Assembly (NCBI GenBank): GCA_963825865.1 | Contig: CAWGVG010000005.1 | Span: 76,039 to 140,038, forward strand | DNA length: 64,000 bases | Source of the DNA: an uncultured Nitrososphaeraceae archaeon | Lineage (GTDB): Archaea; Thermoproteota; Nitrososphaeria; Nitrososphaerales; Nitrososphaeraceae | Reading direction: 5' to 3' | Shown here: one piece after another, positions 35,719 through 47,742 of the stretch | How positions within the stretch are numbered: position 1 is the first letter of the stretch | How the letters are laid out: every line of letters begins with the position of its first letter | Program-made: the position numbers and the translations under genes | Notes under the pieces: model-generated | Told to the model about the DNA's origin: nothing | Seen by the model: only the letters and a program-made list of their open reading frames with translations | The model's database searches: none

Positions 35719-37068
35719 TCACTTTATGCCTTTTACTAAATTAGTGTATATATATAGGGCATCTTCTTCATCTTTTGCACCAACTATTGTTGCAGCACCG
35801 CTTGTCAGAAAGCTCACTGACAATTTGCTTTGATTATTACTTGTCGCAGTAATTCCCAAGTTGCCTCTAGTTTTAACCTGATATCCTAACAATTCCAAAT
35901 TCTTTGCTATTCCATTTAGATGAATTGAAGATATTTCAGGTGGAGTGACGGTATATGTTCTCTTACCATTGTCTCTGCCGCATAACTCTTCAATTATCAA
36001 CTGCTGATGTGCAACAAATTTTTCTTTGTCTAGTCTCTTATTTGATCCACATGAAGGACATTCCTCATGTCTGCAGACTTGGATCTTTTCAAATGAGAGT
36101 TCGTTCAAATCAATGTAAAGCAGCTTGTTTACAATTGTCGGTTGCTGTCCTGTGATTACCTTGACTGCTTCAGATACTTGGATACCAGCTACCAAATATA
36201 GAATCGATGGATGTACTCCTTCGGTGCTGCAAGTAGGCATCTCATCCTCACTTAATGCAGGGAATATACATCGCAAACATGCAGACTTATTTGGCAAAAT
36301 AGTACACACAGAGCCCAACATTCCTAGTGCCCCTGCATAAATAAACGGTATATTGAATTTAATGCAGGCATCGTTTATCGCATATCTTGCATCAACACTG
36401 TCAAGTGCATCAATAACAATATCACATCCCTTAACAACACTTTCGGCAGTGTATTTGGTCAATGAAAGTGGAACTGCTTCAATTTCAACTGCGGAATTCA
36501 TTCTTCTTAAATTTTCTACTGCTACTTCAACCTTGACTTTGCCAATATCATTCTCTGTGTAAAGGTGTTGTCTGTGCAAGTTCGAAATTTCTATAACATC
36601 TCTGTCAACTATTTTTAATTTACCAACACCCATTGCGGTTAATTGAGTTGCAACAGGATTTCCAATTCCGCCAGCACCAACGATGCAAACTTTGGCATCT
36701 CGAAGTTTTTCCATTCCAACGAATCCAATTTCTTCAAGCATTATTTGCCTGGAGTAGCGCCTTAAATCTTCATTTGTTAGTTCTGCTCCACCCGCTACTG
36801 CTGGCAAGATATATATAGAATCACCATCTGTGAGCGACGTTGTCGTACCGCCAGCACTACTAAAGCGCGTGTTTTTACCATTGATGTAAATGTTAATTAG
36901 AGGACGTGGTTTACCATTAAAATCAAATACTCTGCGCTTAAAGTCCTCTCCCATATGGTCGGAAAGTTTTGTAAATGCATCATCTAGATTTCCTACTTCT
37001 AACGAAATTTTCCTCTCTCCTGTACCTTTATTCAAAACCGATGGAATTACGAATTCAATTTTAGCCAT
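35719..37068 (-). CDS. MoaD/ThiS (ubiquitin-like)-ThiF/MoeB E1 fusion
   Basis: ILPAVAGG followed by RYSRQ, GAGGIG, SNLHRQ, CLRC, CPSC. Confidence 0.92.
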   Translation of the reverse strand: MAKIEFVIPSVLNKGTGERKISLEVGNLDDAFTKLSDHMGEDFKRRVFDFNGKPRPLINIYINGKNTRFSSAGGTTTSLTDGDSIYILPAVAGGAELTNEDLRRYSRQIMLEEIGFVGMEKLRDAKVCIVGAGGIGNPVATQLTAMGVGKLKIVDRDVIEISNLHRQHLYTENDIGKVKVEVAVENLRRMNSAVEIEAVPLSLTKYTAESVVKGCDIVIDALDSVDARYAINDACIKFNIPFIYAGALGMLGSVCTILPNKSACLRCIFPALSEDEMPTCSTEGVHPSILYLVAGIQVSEAVKVITGQQPTIVNKLLYIDLNELSFEKIQVCRHEECPSCGSNKRLDKEKFVAHQQLIIEELCGRDNGKRTYTVTPPEISSIHLNGIAKNLELLGYQVKTRGNLGITATSNNQSKLSVSFLTSGAATIVGAKDEEDALYIYTNLVKGIK

Positions 37069-37101
37069 TTATTTAATCTCACCATCATATCAAGTGCAAA
37101 A

Positions 37102-38328
37102 TTATCTAATCATCGCAGAAACCATTTGAGCATCTGGTTTTACAACATTAAGTTTTGGAAGCACATTTATAATTGCTTCCGTAGCCTTGAGTCCATTACC
37201 CGTGATATAACAAACTACTTTTTCATCCTTATCGATTTGTCCTTCTTCAATTAGCTTTCGAAGCACTGCTACGGAAACCCCACCTGCAGGCTCTGTAAAA
37301 ATACCTTCGGTCTTAGCAAGCATCAGTATTCCATCGATAATTTCTTCATTAGTAACATCTTCTGCAATCCCATTATATTGCCTCAATCTTTTCAATACAT
37401 ATAAGCCATCTCCAGGGTCTCCTATTGCAAGACTTTTCGCAATTGTTTCAGGTCTTTCAACTGGAACAATTTCATCGCTTTTTCTCTTGAATGCGTCAAC
37501 TACAGGAGCGCATCCCTGAGGTTGCGCAGCGATGATCTTCAGATTTGCTATGCTATCGATTAATCCTAGTTCGTGAAATTCTTCAAATCCCTTACAAATT
37601 GAATTTAACATTGCTCCACTTCCGACTGGAATTATCAGACTGTCGGGAACTTGCCAATTCATCTGCTCGGCTACTTCATAAGCAAGCGTTTTTGAGCCTT
37701 CTACATAATATGGTCGCATATTTATATTTACAATACCAATACCTTTAGAGTCACCAATTACAGAAGCAACCCTGTTAGCATCATCATATGTTCCATCTAC
37801 CGCTACAAATTCAGCGCCATATGATAATGCCTGTGCGATCTTTACGTGCTCAATGTCAGAAGGGGCAAAAATATAGCAGGGCAATTCTGCTTTTGCAGCA
37901 TGGGCTGCTGTCGCAGAAGCAAGATTACCTGTAGAGGCGCAACCTACCGCTTTTAATTTGATTTCTTTGGCTCTTGAAACAGAAACTCCAGCAGGCCTAT
38001 CCTTGAACGAAAACGTAGGATTAACGGAATCATTTTTAATAAATAAATTTTTCATTCCTCCCACTACTTTACCAAGCCTATCTGCGTGTTGCAAAGGAGT
38101 AAGACCAGCATTCAGATTCACAATATTGCATTTATCTTCAACAGGGAGAAGTTCAAAATAACGCCAGTAGGTTTTGTCTTGTCTTGATGCAAAAGTATCC
38201 TTTTTTATATCAGAAGTAAGCTTGTAAATAACATCAAGTGGGCCAAAACATTCTTCACACACGTATATAAACAGCGGTTCATATTCTCTACCGCATTCTC
38301 TGCATCTCAACGACTGTATATAACCCAT
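37102..38328 (-). CDS. thrC: Threonine synthase family PLP enzyme
   Basis: Zn ribbon, NPTFSFKDR, ASTGNL, EGSKT. Confidence 0.9.
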   Translation of the reverse strand: MGYIQSLRCRECGREYEPLFIYVCEECFGPLDVIYKLTSDIKKDTFASRQDKTYWRYFELLPVEDKCNIVNLNAGLTPLQHADRLGKVVGGMKNLFIKNDSVNPTFSFKDRPAGVSVSRAKEIKLKAVGCASTGNLASATAAHAAKAELPCYIFAPSDIEHVKIAQALSYGAEFVAVDGTYDDANRVASVIGDSKGIGIVNINMRPYYVEGSKTLAYEVAEQMNWQVPDSLIIPVGSGAMLNSICKGFEEFHELGLIDSIANLKIIAAQPQGCAPVVDAFKRKSDEIVPVERPETIAKSLAIGDPGDGLYVLKRLRQYNGIAEDVTNEEIIDGILMLAKTEGIFTEPAGGVSVAVLRKLIEEGQIDKDEKVVCYITGNGLKATEAIINVLPKLNVVKPDAQMVSAMIR

Positions 38329-38484
38329 ATCTGCTATAAACTCTAGAAAAGTTATAGATAAGGTTCGCTAATAACAATTTTAATAATACTAAACTTTTTC
38401 TCAAAAATAATTATAAAAACTAAATTTTGTTCGTTATAGTAATTACATAAAATGTAACATTATTTAAATATTTTTCATAAATAG

Positions 38485-38835
38485 TCAATTATTTTTTACT
38501 TTTTCCAATAAGCTATGAAAACATGATCTGTTACCAGTATGACATGCAGGAGTCTTTGAATCTACCAGATATAATAAAGCATCGGAATCGCAATCAACCA
38601 ATATCTCTTTAACAGGCTGTATGTTTCCAGACTCTTCTCCTTTCATCCATAATTTATTATGAGAAGTACTCCAAAAATGGGCATTTCCGGTACTAATAGT
38701 ATTGTTAATTGCTTCTCTGTTGGCATAAGCAAGCATAAGAATATCCTTTGTTTTTCTGTCTTGAACTATCACAGGCAACAGACCGTTTCGTTTTGCAAAA
38801 TCAATATCGCGCATTGACCTGATATTCATATGCAT
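38485..38835 (-). CDS. hisI: Phosphoribosyl-AMP cyclohydrolase
   Basis: LWMKGEESG, DCDSD, ACHTG..SCF. Confidence 0.95.
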   Translation of the reverse strand: MHMNIRSMRDIDFAKRNGLLPVIVQDRKTKDILMLAYANREAINNTISTGNAHFWSTSHNKLWMKGEESGNIQPVKEILVDCDSDALLYLVDSKTPACHTGNRSCFHSLLEKVKNN

Positions 38836-39717
38836 ATTCCTTTTTATCTCCCGTATTAATTATATGGTTCTCGTACTCCTAAAGATTTCGATATGAGCTA
38901 TAAGAAAATAAGAATTTTTAGCAAAAAAGAACGTTGTTACTAAGATTATCTTCATTTCCATAGATAATTTTACAATAGAAACTCCAAAGTACCAATTATC
39001 TATCAATAGCCCCTTTAGATATCTTCTAGCATTGGGATTACAAGATAAAAACAGCACCCCCTTTAACTCAACTATATCTCATGCAGGTGGACTGAATGCT
39101 TAGAATAATGATTCGGAGTTTATGAAATTGGCGGTCTAAATATAGACATGGGAAACTTTATGGTATCTCGACTTAAATTATTTATATATATATATAAATA
39201 TATATATCATAATAAGTTAAAGATACAACATACAAATACTGATGTGGAATAAAAATAGTTATTTCAAAATAAAGTACCTAAGTGACACCAGTCGGTCTCT
39301 GATGTTCCTCATGTTCTAGTTTCTTATGTTGTTCCTTATCCTGTTCCGTTGTAAATATTATACCACATACATCGCATTTGATGCTCGAGGGGGAAGAGGC
39401 TGGTTTGTTGTCTCTTGTTGTCATTATATACACTGTCACATTTATTGGATAAGTAGGTTTTCGAAAATAAGTAATGTACTTGACATTGGGAGATCAAAAT
39501 CGGAATTATCATGAAAGGGGATTAATCGGTTCTTCTAATTTAAGTAAATAGAAGTCAATTATCTTTAATATAACACCAGATAGAGAAAAATCATGAATGT
39601 TAAGTCGCGACTAATACAAGCCAATAAGGAAGAAGTCTTTTCGAGTGACGGAAAAGTTCATTGGCCATTTGTTATACTTATATTTGAATAATTCACTTCG
39701 ACTATAACCACAGAAGT

Positions 39718-41101
39718 ATGACAATTAATACTACTGACAAAGCGGGCGGGATTTTGCATATCGGATTTGATGATACTGATTCTCTATTAGGCAGATGCAC
39801 TACACAATTGGCATTTAAAATTACAGACTATTTGCTAAATAAGATAGACGCACAGTTTCTTGATTATCCGTTATTAATTAGATTGAACCCAAATATTCCA
39901 TGGAAGACCCGTGGAAATGGCTCTGTTTGTCTAAGAGTAAGGATAAAAAATCATGAAAAAGTAGTTGAACATATAAAAAAACGTGTAGAGGAAGGATCAG
40001 ATATAGGCTCAGGAGCAAACCCAGGCCTTGTATTTTTTAACGGAGAAAAGATACCAGATGCCGTGAAAGAATTCAGCAGAGTTGCAATGTTTGATGTTCT
40101 AAGCAGAAATAAAGCAGAAAAAGTTGCAAAAGAGCATTTTGTTCAATATTTCACTTTTGGAAACGGCCAGGGCCTGGTAGGCTCGTTAGCAGCAATTGGT
40201 TCTATGTTATATGGAGATCATACCTTTGAAGCCATAGCATACAGAAAACGAGAAAATTATGGTACCATGAGATTATTGGATATATCGAAGGTAATTGATT
40301 TAGACAAAGAAACGTTTCCGAATACCTTTAACAATTATGATCGAAATCATAGACGGGTACGAATTGCGCCGCATGGGCCCGATCCTGTATTCTGTGGGAT
40401 AAGAGGAGAAAAACCAGAACTTGTGGTTTCATCGCTGGAGAGATTACAACCAGAAGAGAAATTGGATGGATACATGGTGTTTCGGTCAAATCAAGGAACA
40501 AATATGCATTTGCAAAATGAATTGAATTTATCAGAGATTAAAGCTTATACTGCCGGCTACCTTCGCTGCAAAATCATTACAAAGCCTCGTACCATACAAG
40601 GAGGGCATGTCTTGTTTGAAGTTGAAGATTCTAAATGTTCTATTTCTCAGGCTGCTTGCATATGAACCAACGGGTTTAACGAAAATTGCTTCAAAATTCG
40701 AAATAGGAGACGTTATTGAAATTGGTTGTGGAGTTAGAAAGGCAACATCAAAACATCCAAAAACTTTGAATATAGAATATATTTCTGTCCTAAAACTTAT
40801 AGAAGCGTATGATTTGCATAACCCTTTATGCAAATCTTGTAAAAAGCGAATGAAGTCAGAAGGAAGAAATAAAGGATTCCAGTGTGACAGATGTCAATAT
40901 AAAGACAGTAACGCAAAGAAAATTTGCGTACCACAAAATAGAAATGTTAAGACTGGGATCTATATTCCAACTCCAAAATCTCAAAGACATTTAACCAAAC
41001 CCATACACAGGTATGGCATGGAAAAGATGTTCCCAAGTTTCAATTCTGAATCGAAACTGTTTTCTAGATGGTTTTTTTTTCTTCTTCTTCTTCTTCTTTA
41101 A
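39718..41101 (+). CDS. tiaS: tRNA(Ile2) agmatinylcytidine synthase (frameshift near 40657)
   Basis: IGFDDTDS, CTT, RLNPNIPWKTRGNG, FRSNQGT, YEPT, C-terminal Zn ribbon, HLTKP. Confidence 0.93.
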
Positions 41102-41388
41102 ACTAGTAATGCTATAGATATTATTATCAATCAGAGCCCATTGAGTATTGTCTCCTCATTCAAGTAACTGTATATTATCTCTCACATTTTAAAAAGAATA
41201 CTAGCCAGTAACCGCAACTGCAATTGCAGTAATGCGATCAGATAGTACAAAATAGGCTAATGTTAAGTATAAAACCAGTTTTGATGTATATTATTTTTCA
41301 TATTGATAGTTTTTTCTGTATTTTTAATAAATCTATATAGAATGACATCAAAATAAAGTCTTTAGAGATAATTAATTTTCGAAAATAA

Positions 41389-41514
41389 TAGCGGGGGGTT
41401 GATTTGAACATACGGCTACATGCTTTGAGCAAATGTAGAAACCGCTCTGCGGGTTATGAGCCCGCCGGGATTACCTAGCCTCTATTTTTGAGATCTCGGC
41501 TTCCCCACCCCGCT
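41389..41514 (-). tRNA. Initiator tRNA-Met(CAT) with two non-canonical introns (D-loop ~41475-41495; 52/53: 41410-41439)
   Basis: A1:U72 pair, GCGGG-CTCATAA-CCCGC anticodon arm, T arm restored by BHB splicing. Confidence 0.9.
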
Positions 41515-41851
41515 GACAGCATGTCTGTACAAGGGAAATATATCTCTGTCTCTTCTAAAATAAATGAATGTATAAATATCTAATTTTGGCATTAATTATT
41601 TCTCCTTTGCGTAGAATATAGAATTCATCTTGTCTACATCTACAAGATGAATCTGTCAAAAGGCAAGTGATAATTTACTGTAACTTTTAATCGGCTAACT
41701 TCCAATGCTGTCAAAGGACTACCTTAATAATCCACTTGGCAACGTAATGTTCAACCGGTTGGGTGGCTTGAAGGGATTTTCGTACCACTTGCAAATCTAT
41801 CGCATGATCTCAAACTGGCAATGGTTTGTTCTATATTCTTAATGTCAATGA

Positions 41852-42682
41852 TTATTTAGAATCACTTAACTTCAAAATTTTATTAAAAGCATTCTGACAA
41901 CCTTCAGGTCCTATGCCTTGAATCTTTATAATATTTTTAATGACCAGGTTTGACCATGATCTATCTGGTCTCTGAACTAACATTGGGACATCCATATGTT
42001 TTAGCATTGAATAGTCATTTTCGCTATCACCCAATCCAAAAAATATAACGTCATTGTGATACTTCTTTTTAAAAAGTTTTCTCAATATGCCTACAGCCTT
42101 GCCCTTATCATTGCCAATTGTCACATCAAAAAATCTCCCTCCGTGGATAACATTTAGGCCCACCTCTTCAGCACCATGGGTAAATCTGGCCAAGTCATTT
42201 TTTCCTATTTGTATGATGGTTTCGCTGTATTCTCGCTGAGCCATCCTACGTGCATAATCAATTGACATACCTGCTATTTTACCGAGATCTTCCAAGGAAA
42301 TATCAGAGACGCCTTTAAATTCTATTTTGAATTTTTCTCGGATATTATTAAGTTTTGATCTAATTTCATTTGTAGACTTTCCTAGCTCGATTATAGTGCA
42401 GTCCCTTATTTCTTTAGAGTTAGGAGTATCAAGGGAAAAATGAAAATAATCCTTAGGAATGATTATTGCCCCCCCATTTTCTATAATAAATGGTTCCTCG
42501 CTTAACTCAAGGTCGTCTCTTACTTTATTTTGCTCAGCCCAGGTTTTTGCAGAACAAAGGATGACTGGAATATTATTCTCTTTTAATGTGTGAATCAATG
42601 CTTTTGTGTTTTCTCCATATTCACCAGTATTGATATCAATCAAAGTACCATCTATGTCAGCAAATATTACTCTATGTCGCAT
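41852..42682 (-). CDS. mpgP: Mannosyl-3-phosphoglycerate phosphatase (HAD-IIB)
   Basis: DIDGT, CSAKT, ENG, REYSE, GGRF, DKG, GDSEND. Confidence 0.85.
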   Translation of the reverse strand: MRHRVIFADIDGTLIDINTGEYGENTKALIHTLKENNIPVILCSAKTWAEQNKVRDDLELSEEPFIIENGGAIIIPKDYFHFSLDTPNSKEIRDCTIIELGKSTNEIRSKLNNIREKFKIEFKGVSDISLEDLGKIAGMSIDYARRMAQREYSETIIQIGKNDLARFTHGAEEVGLNVIHGGRFFDVTIGNDKGKAVGILRKLFKKKYHNDVIFFGLGDSENDYSMLKHMDVPMLVQRPDRSWSNLVIKNIIKIQGIGPEGCQNAFNKILKLSDSK

Positions 42683-42990
42683 GCAAATATATGAATATGT
42701 GTTGTACCTCTTATGAATTCGTTAAGTTATCGATAGTAGTAAGAAATAGATGATAATAGTCTTTCTCACTTAGCTCGGTGATCATTCTGACGACATGATG
42801 ATATAAACTATAATGTATTGAGAATCTTCTTCTCTTGTAATTGATGTAATACTTTAACGCACCGACCTTTTCTTTACGTTTCGGTTGTTTGCTTCGAAAA
42901 TACTATAAGAACTCCCTATACATTTCCTTAAAATGAAGGAGACGTCATTGAATTCCAATTGACAAGTTTTAAATAACAATTAAATTGAGA

Positions 42991-43124
42991 TGGTGCGGGA
43001 GGTGGGATTTGAACCCACGAACCCCTAAGGGATGAGGTGACCCAGTCAAATGATCAACATCTGAGCATCGCGTCGGACAAACTTGCCCGATCTCACGCCG
43101 TTGACCTGGCTTGGCAACCCCCGC
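42991..43124 (-). tRNA. tRNA-Leu(CAG) with two introns (30/31: 43067-43091; 37/38: 43039-43059) and encoded CCA
   Basis: Long variable arm; splicing both BHBs gives TGAGG-CT-CAG-AA-CCTCA. Confidence 0.92.
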
Positions 43125-43226
43125 GGCAGATTGCTATGATATCACACTACAATATATATATCATAAAATTCATGAATTTGTTTTTAATCAAATATATTTT
43201 GTTCTCATTAATAGAGATATCCACTG

Positions 43227-43781
43227 TTACTTTGTATTATACCATTGTGCAAATTTCTCCAGCGCTTTTGCACGATGCGAAACTTCTATTTTTCTATTTT
43301 GTATCTGTAACTGGCCAAATGTAATATCAAACCCCACCGGAATAAAGATTGGATCGTAACCCCAACCACCTTCTGTAATTTTATCAGAAATCTTTCCCTC
43401 TATTTCACCTGCAAAACTTTGTGAATATGTACCATCATAGAATGCAAAAAAAGATTTGAAGCATGCAGACCTGTGTTTTGAATTTGAAAGTAGTTTCAGG
43501 ATTCCATTGTTTCCAATAGTTTTATAGGCATAAGATGAATATTGACCCGGAAAACCATTCAACTCATGTATAAACAAGCCGTCGTCTTCAACGATAACAG
43601 GTTTTGATATTTCTGCAAATGCATCTTTTGATTTTGCTATTGCAATTTCTTCAATTGAATCTGACTGTATTTCAACTAACAATACTTTATAAAATTCGAC
43701 TATAATATCATATTTTGAAAGAACTGATTGAATTTCCAAATACTTGTTATTATTAGTGCTTACGAAATAAAGCGAACTCAT
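43227..43781 (-). CDS. rdgB: Non-canonical purine NTP pyrophosphatase (RdgB/HAM1)
   Basis: EDDGL...GFPG.YS, GWGYDPIF, SHR. Confidence 0.93.
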   Translation of the reverse strand: MSSLYFVSTNNNKYLEIQSVLSKYDIIVEFYKVLLVEIQSDSIEEIAIAKSKDAFAEISKPVIVEDDGLFIHELNGFPGQYSSYAYKTIGNNGILKLLSNSKHRSACFKSFFAFYDGTYSQSFAGEIEGKISDKITEGGWGYDPIFIPVGFDITFGQLQIQNRKIEVSHRAKALEKFAQWYNTK

Positions 43782-44010
43782 GCAATCTGTGAAATCTTCA
43801 CTACAATAAAAATTATAATAATACATATGAGAATTCTTTCTTTAGTTAACTACAGCCAACCTGCTCCATTTTGGCATACCCAACTCATTTACAAGTATTA
43901 TCTTGATATAAAGGATGAAGGAGTTAGAAGAGCATTTATTGAATTGAGGCAGTTTATAATGAAATGGAATAATAATGTTGATCTAAAGATTTGCATCTGA
44001 AATTAAACAA

Positions 44011-45059
44011 TAGATCTATTGCGTAATTACGAAAGAAAATCTCTTCATGATGGTCAGTTTTGCTCTTTTTTTAGAGTGACATCCCACCATTAGTTCGTAT
44101 TATTCTGAAATTTACCAATCCTGAAACAATGTCAGAAGCATGATCATATCTTCCAAGCCTGTTTCTAAATTTAGTACCCATTATTCCGAACTTTTTAATT
44201 CTGCTTACCGTGTGCTCGACTATTATCCTTAGTTTGGAATACTTTCTATTGTATCTCTTTTCTCCATCTGAGAGTTCACTTTTCCTTTTTTTTCTAAATG
44301 GCAGTACATACTTTACAGTGGGAAAGTCATTCTTAACTCCCAAGTAGCCAAGGTCAAGGACATTTTCAACTTGCAGCGGAGTTATAGGATGTTTATTTTT
44401 GAAAATCTCATAATCATGTATTCTTCCCCAATCATGACCTGTTTTGTGTAGTATGGTACCCTCACTGTTTACCATATATTGTGTCTTGATAGTATGCTTC
44501 CTCTTTTTGCCAGAGTAGTAGCTCTTCCTTCTCCTTTTGTTCTTTGGCCTTGGTATCTCCTGTTCGGAAGAATCTATGAAAGCCTTGAAGCCTGGAAAGT
44601 ACTCCTCAACTTCATCTATGGTTCTAAGCCTTCTTGTACGTTTATACAACTTCTTTGGCAGCGGGATACACTGCTTGATAAGTGGTTCTATAATGGATAT
44701 ATCTCTGCAGATATTACTCTGGTCAAGATCAAATAGAAATCCTGATAATGTAAAGGTAATGTACAGTCTGTAATAGACTAGAAGCATCAAGAATCTTTCT
44801 TTGGCTTTCAGCTTGAATGGTCTACCAGCACCAATATCTCTTTTTCTTTTCCTATTGGAAAGACGCTTTCTTTCATGCTCATCATATTTCGATTCTATTT
44901 CTTTAGCAATGACATCAAATTCTGATACAGCCAGTCCAGTAAACGATTTAAATAACAACGGCCTTCTTGATAGGCGAGCGTAAGACATCAACTGAGTATG
45001 TAATATGAACGGATCAATGGAGAATAAAGCTCTAAGCTTTCAATTACGCAAGAGGTCTA
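44011..45059 (-). mobile_element. IS5-family (DDE_Tnp_4 type) element with intact 306-aa transposase 44071-44991
   Basis: TIRs TAGATCTATTGCGTAATT / TAGACCTCTTGCGTAATT; IDSSEQ, DLGYLG, RIIVEH. Confidence 0.93.
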
Positions 45060-45355
45060 ATGTGTATAGTAAGATAGCATAGCATATGAAATGAACCACT
45101 TCAAATTTATTCTGCTGCTCTAAAATTACTGTAAAAAGAAAGGAAAGGAAAGGAGACTAGCTGGCTTTCATATACTTGCTACTTAGATACTTGGCATATC
45201 CAACTACCTGTATGAGATGCAACGAATAGTGATATTAGGTATAAAAAAAACAATATCAACTTACAAACCCAATATGCCAGGTTTAGAAAATATTTACTAC
45301 TTGGTTATTCAATTATGACATTGTCATTTAACGTCATTTTATCAAACTATTTGTG

Positions 45356-46019
45356 ATGGCAAACTTTAGCAATAACTGGACTAATGACGTGAGATCAAAT
45401 ACACGTGAGAGGATAAAGGAGAGTGTAAAAACGCCTCAACCGCTCAAGCCAAGGGTTGAATACGCAAAGAACAAAATTCAGGCTCAAAATCAGAAATTGG
45501 CTGTCATCCTAGAGAAATTAAAAGGAAAAGAAAAAACGCTTTTTTCTCAAGTCATCTCACATCTACAGAAACATGATGCTCAGCAGGCTAAGATGAAATC
45601 AAACGAATTAGCACAGATTAGAAAAACAGCAACAACGATCTCGCAGTTAAAGATGGGTGTCGAACAGGTACATATGAGATTAGAATCAACAATAGATATT
45701 GGAGATGTAATGGGCGCCATAGGACCAGCAATGGGAGCATTGACAAGAGTAAGATCCGGTTTGTCAGGAGTGGTACCAGACGTAGATCTAGAATTAGGAG
45801 AAATCAATGGAGTCTTCGGTGAAATTATGATGAATGCAGGAGATATAACCAATGCGTCATTTGCATTTGATGCTAGCGAGCGGCGAAGGTGTAGACAGAA
45901 TACTGGCCGAAGCAAGTGCCGTTGCAGAACAGAGAATGAGCGAGAGTTTTCCAGATGTTCCTACAGGATCATTTAACAAGAAGAGTTCAAGGTCCTCTAT
46001 AGGTGAACATTCACTATAG
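45356..46019 (+). CDS. cdvB: ESCRT-III/Snf7 CdvB paralogue (frameshift near 45877)
   Basis: PLKPRV...NELAQIRK...LESTIDIGDVM; the shifted frame gives ILAEASAVAEQRMSESFPDVP. Confidence 0.88.
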
Positions 46020-46258
46020 TGCGATTTCTAAATTAGATTCCTATCATTTTTTTATTTATTTATTTCATCATGGTTAGATGATCCTAAATGTCACTCGAAA
46101 GAAAACTAGAACCATTTGAGAGCCTATCTTAGATGATGCTACATTTTCACAGTTAGTTTTTTAATATCTAAATAGTTTTTGATTTTTTTAAAAATAATTA
46201 ATAATATAAAGAACTAAAACATAAAGAGATATCATATATCGCGTATTGGCATATATCT

Positions 46259-47310
46259 TAGATCTCTTGTGTAATTAGAAGTCTTAGAGCTATATTCCTC
46301 TTCACATAGGATATCTATCTGACAAGCTCTTTGATGTCCTATAGCAAATTATGTAAGAAACCTTTGATATTCAGGTCATTTACCGGAGTAACTGTATCTG
46401 AATTTGAATCCATTTGTAACGAAATTGAACATAACTACGAAGAGCACGAAAGAAGACGTCTTCTATCAAGGACGAGAATACGGGATATAGGTGCTGGTAG
46501 ACCATTTAAGCTTAAAGTTAAAGAAAGATTCGTTATGCTTCTAGTATACTACAGATTATACATTACATATACATTATCAGGATTTCTGTTTGACCTCTGA
46601 TCAAAGCAATGTTTGTAGAGATATATCAATGATGGAACCACTTATCAAGGAGTGTATTCCATTGCCAAAGAAGATATACAAACGTACTAGGAGATTAAGA
46701 ACTATAGATGAAGTAGAAGAGTACTTTCCTGGATTCAAGGCTTTCATAGACTCTACAGAACAAGAAATTCCAAGACCTAAGAACAAAAGAAGAAGGAAGA
46801 GTTACTATTCAGGTAGAAAGAAGAAACATACTGTCAAGACACAATTGATGGTAAACAGGCTGAAGGATTGATACTGCATAAGACAGGTCACAGAAGTGGA
46901 AGAAAACATGATTATGACATTTACAAACACAATCATTCTATAACTCCATCACAAGTTGAAAACATAGTTGATTCTTGGTTATCTTGGCATTGAAAAGGAC
47001 TTTCCCACTGTAACTCTGTACTTCGTATCAAAAAGAAAAAGGGTACATTGCTTTCATGTGATGAAAGAACTTACAACAAGAATCATTCTAGGCTAAGGAT
47101 CATAGTAGAACATACCATATGTAAGATCAAAAAGTTTGGAATAATGGGTACTAAATTTAGAAACAGATTAAGGAATTACAATAACGTATCTGATATAATA
47201 TCCGGTCTCCTGAACTTCAGAGTTATACAGTCTGACAGCATTTCAATCTAAGAAGACGGCTAAAACAAGTAGGGTGTTAGACTATAGTTGCTAATTACGC
47301 AAGATATTTA
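46259..47310 (+). mobile_element. Second, diverged copy of the same IS5-type family; transposase frameshifted
   Basis: TIRs TAGATCTCTTGTGTAATTAG and CTAATTACGCAAGATATTTA; fragments similar to the 44071-44991 protein. Confidence 0.9.
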
Positions 47311-47462
47311 TGCACCTGGCAGACTATCTTAAAGGACGAAAAGATAGAAGGGAAATTGTACAAGGTAAAAACATATGTAATAGGTGCAGTCAAAATTTCG
47401 AAAACGAAGAAGAATTAGAAAAACAAACAAAGAAGGAACATTCAAACATGGTTAAGGGTTGA
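47310..47462 (+). CDS. Small C2H2-like zinc-finger protein (50 aa, first His replaced by Gln)
   Basis: ICNRCSQNFENEEELEKQTKKEH. Confidence 0.5.
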   Translation: MHLADYLKGRKDRREIVQGKNICNRCSQNFENEEELEKQTKKEHSNMVKG

Positions 47463-47742
47463 TGTGAATATATATATTTTGTTGTTCCTCGGCATATAAC
47501 GGTGCGTGCATATCACCATGCTTCTCTAAGGATGGTAAGATCTGAGTATATAATAAGGCAATACGTTTAATGGAAATACATTATTTGATCTTAAATTTAA
47601 CGAGCAATTGATAGGACAAGAATTGTTTAATTTGAAAGGGCATGTTCGTGTTGATCATATGTTAAAAAGAAGGAGGAGGAGAAGAAGAAGATCAGCATTT
47701 CCCAAACTGATATGGAAATAGTTTTGTGTATATATTGCAGCT

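Noticed and set aside
41660-41850. Coding-like fragment downstream of mpgP
   Set aside because: Broken frames and no recognisable motif
43037-43359. Plus-strand ORFs over tRNA-Leu and rdgB
   Set aside because: Antisense shadows of real features
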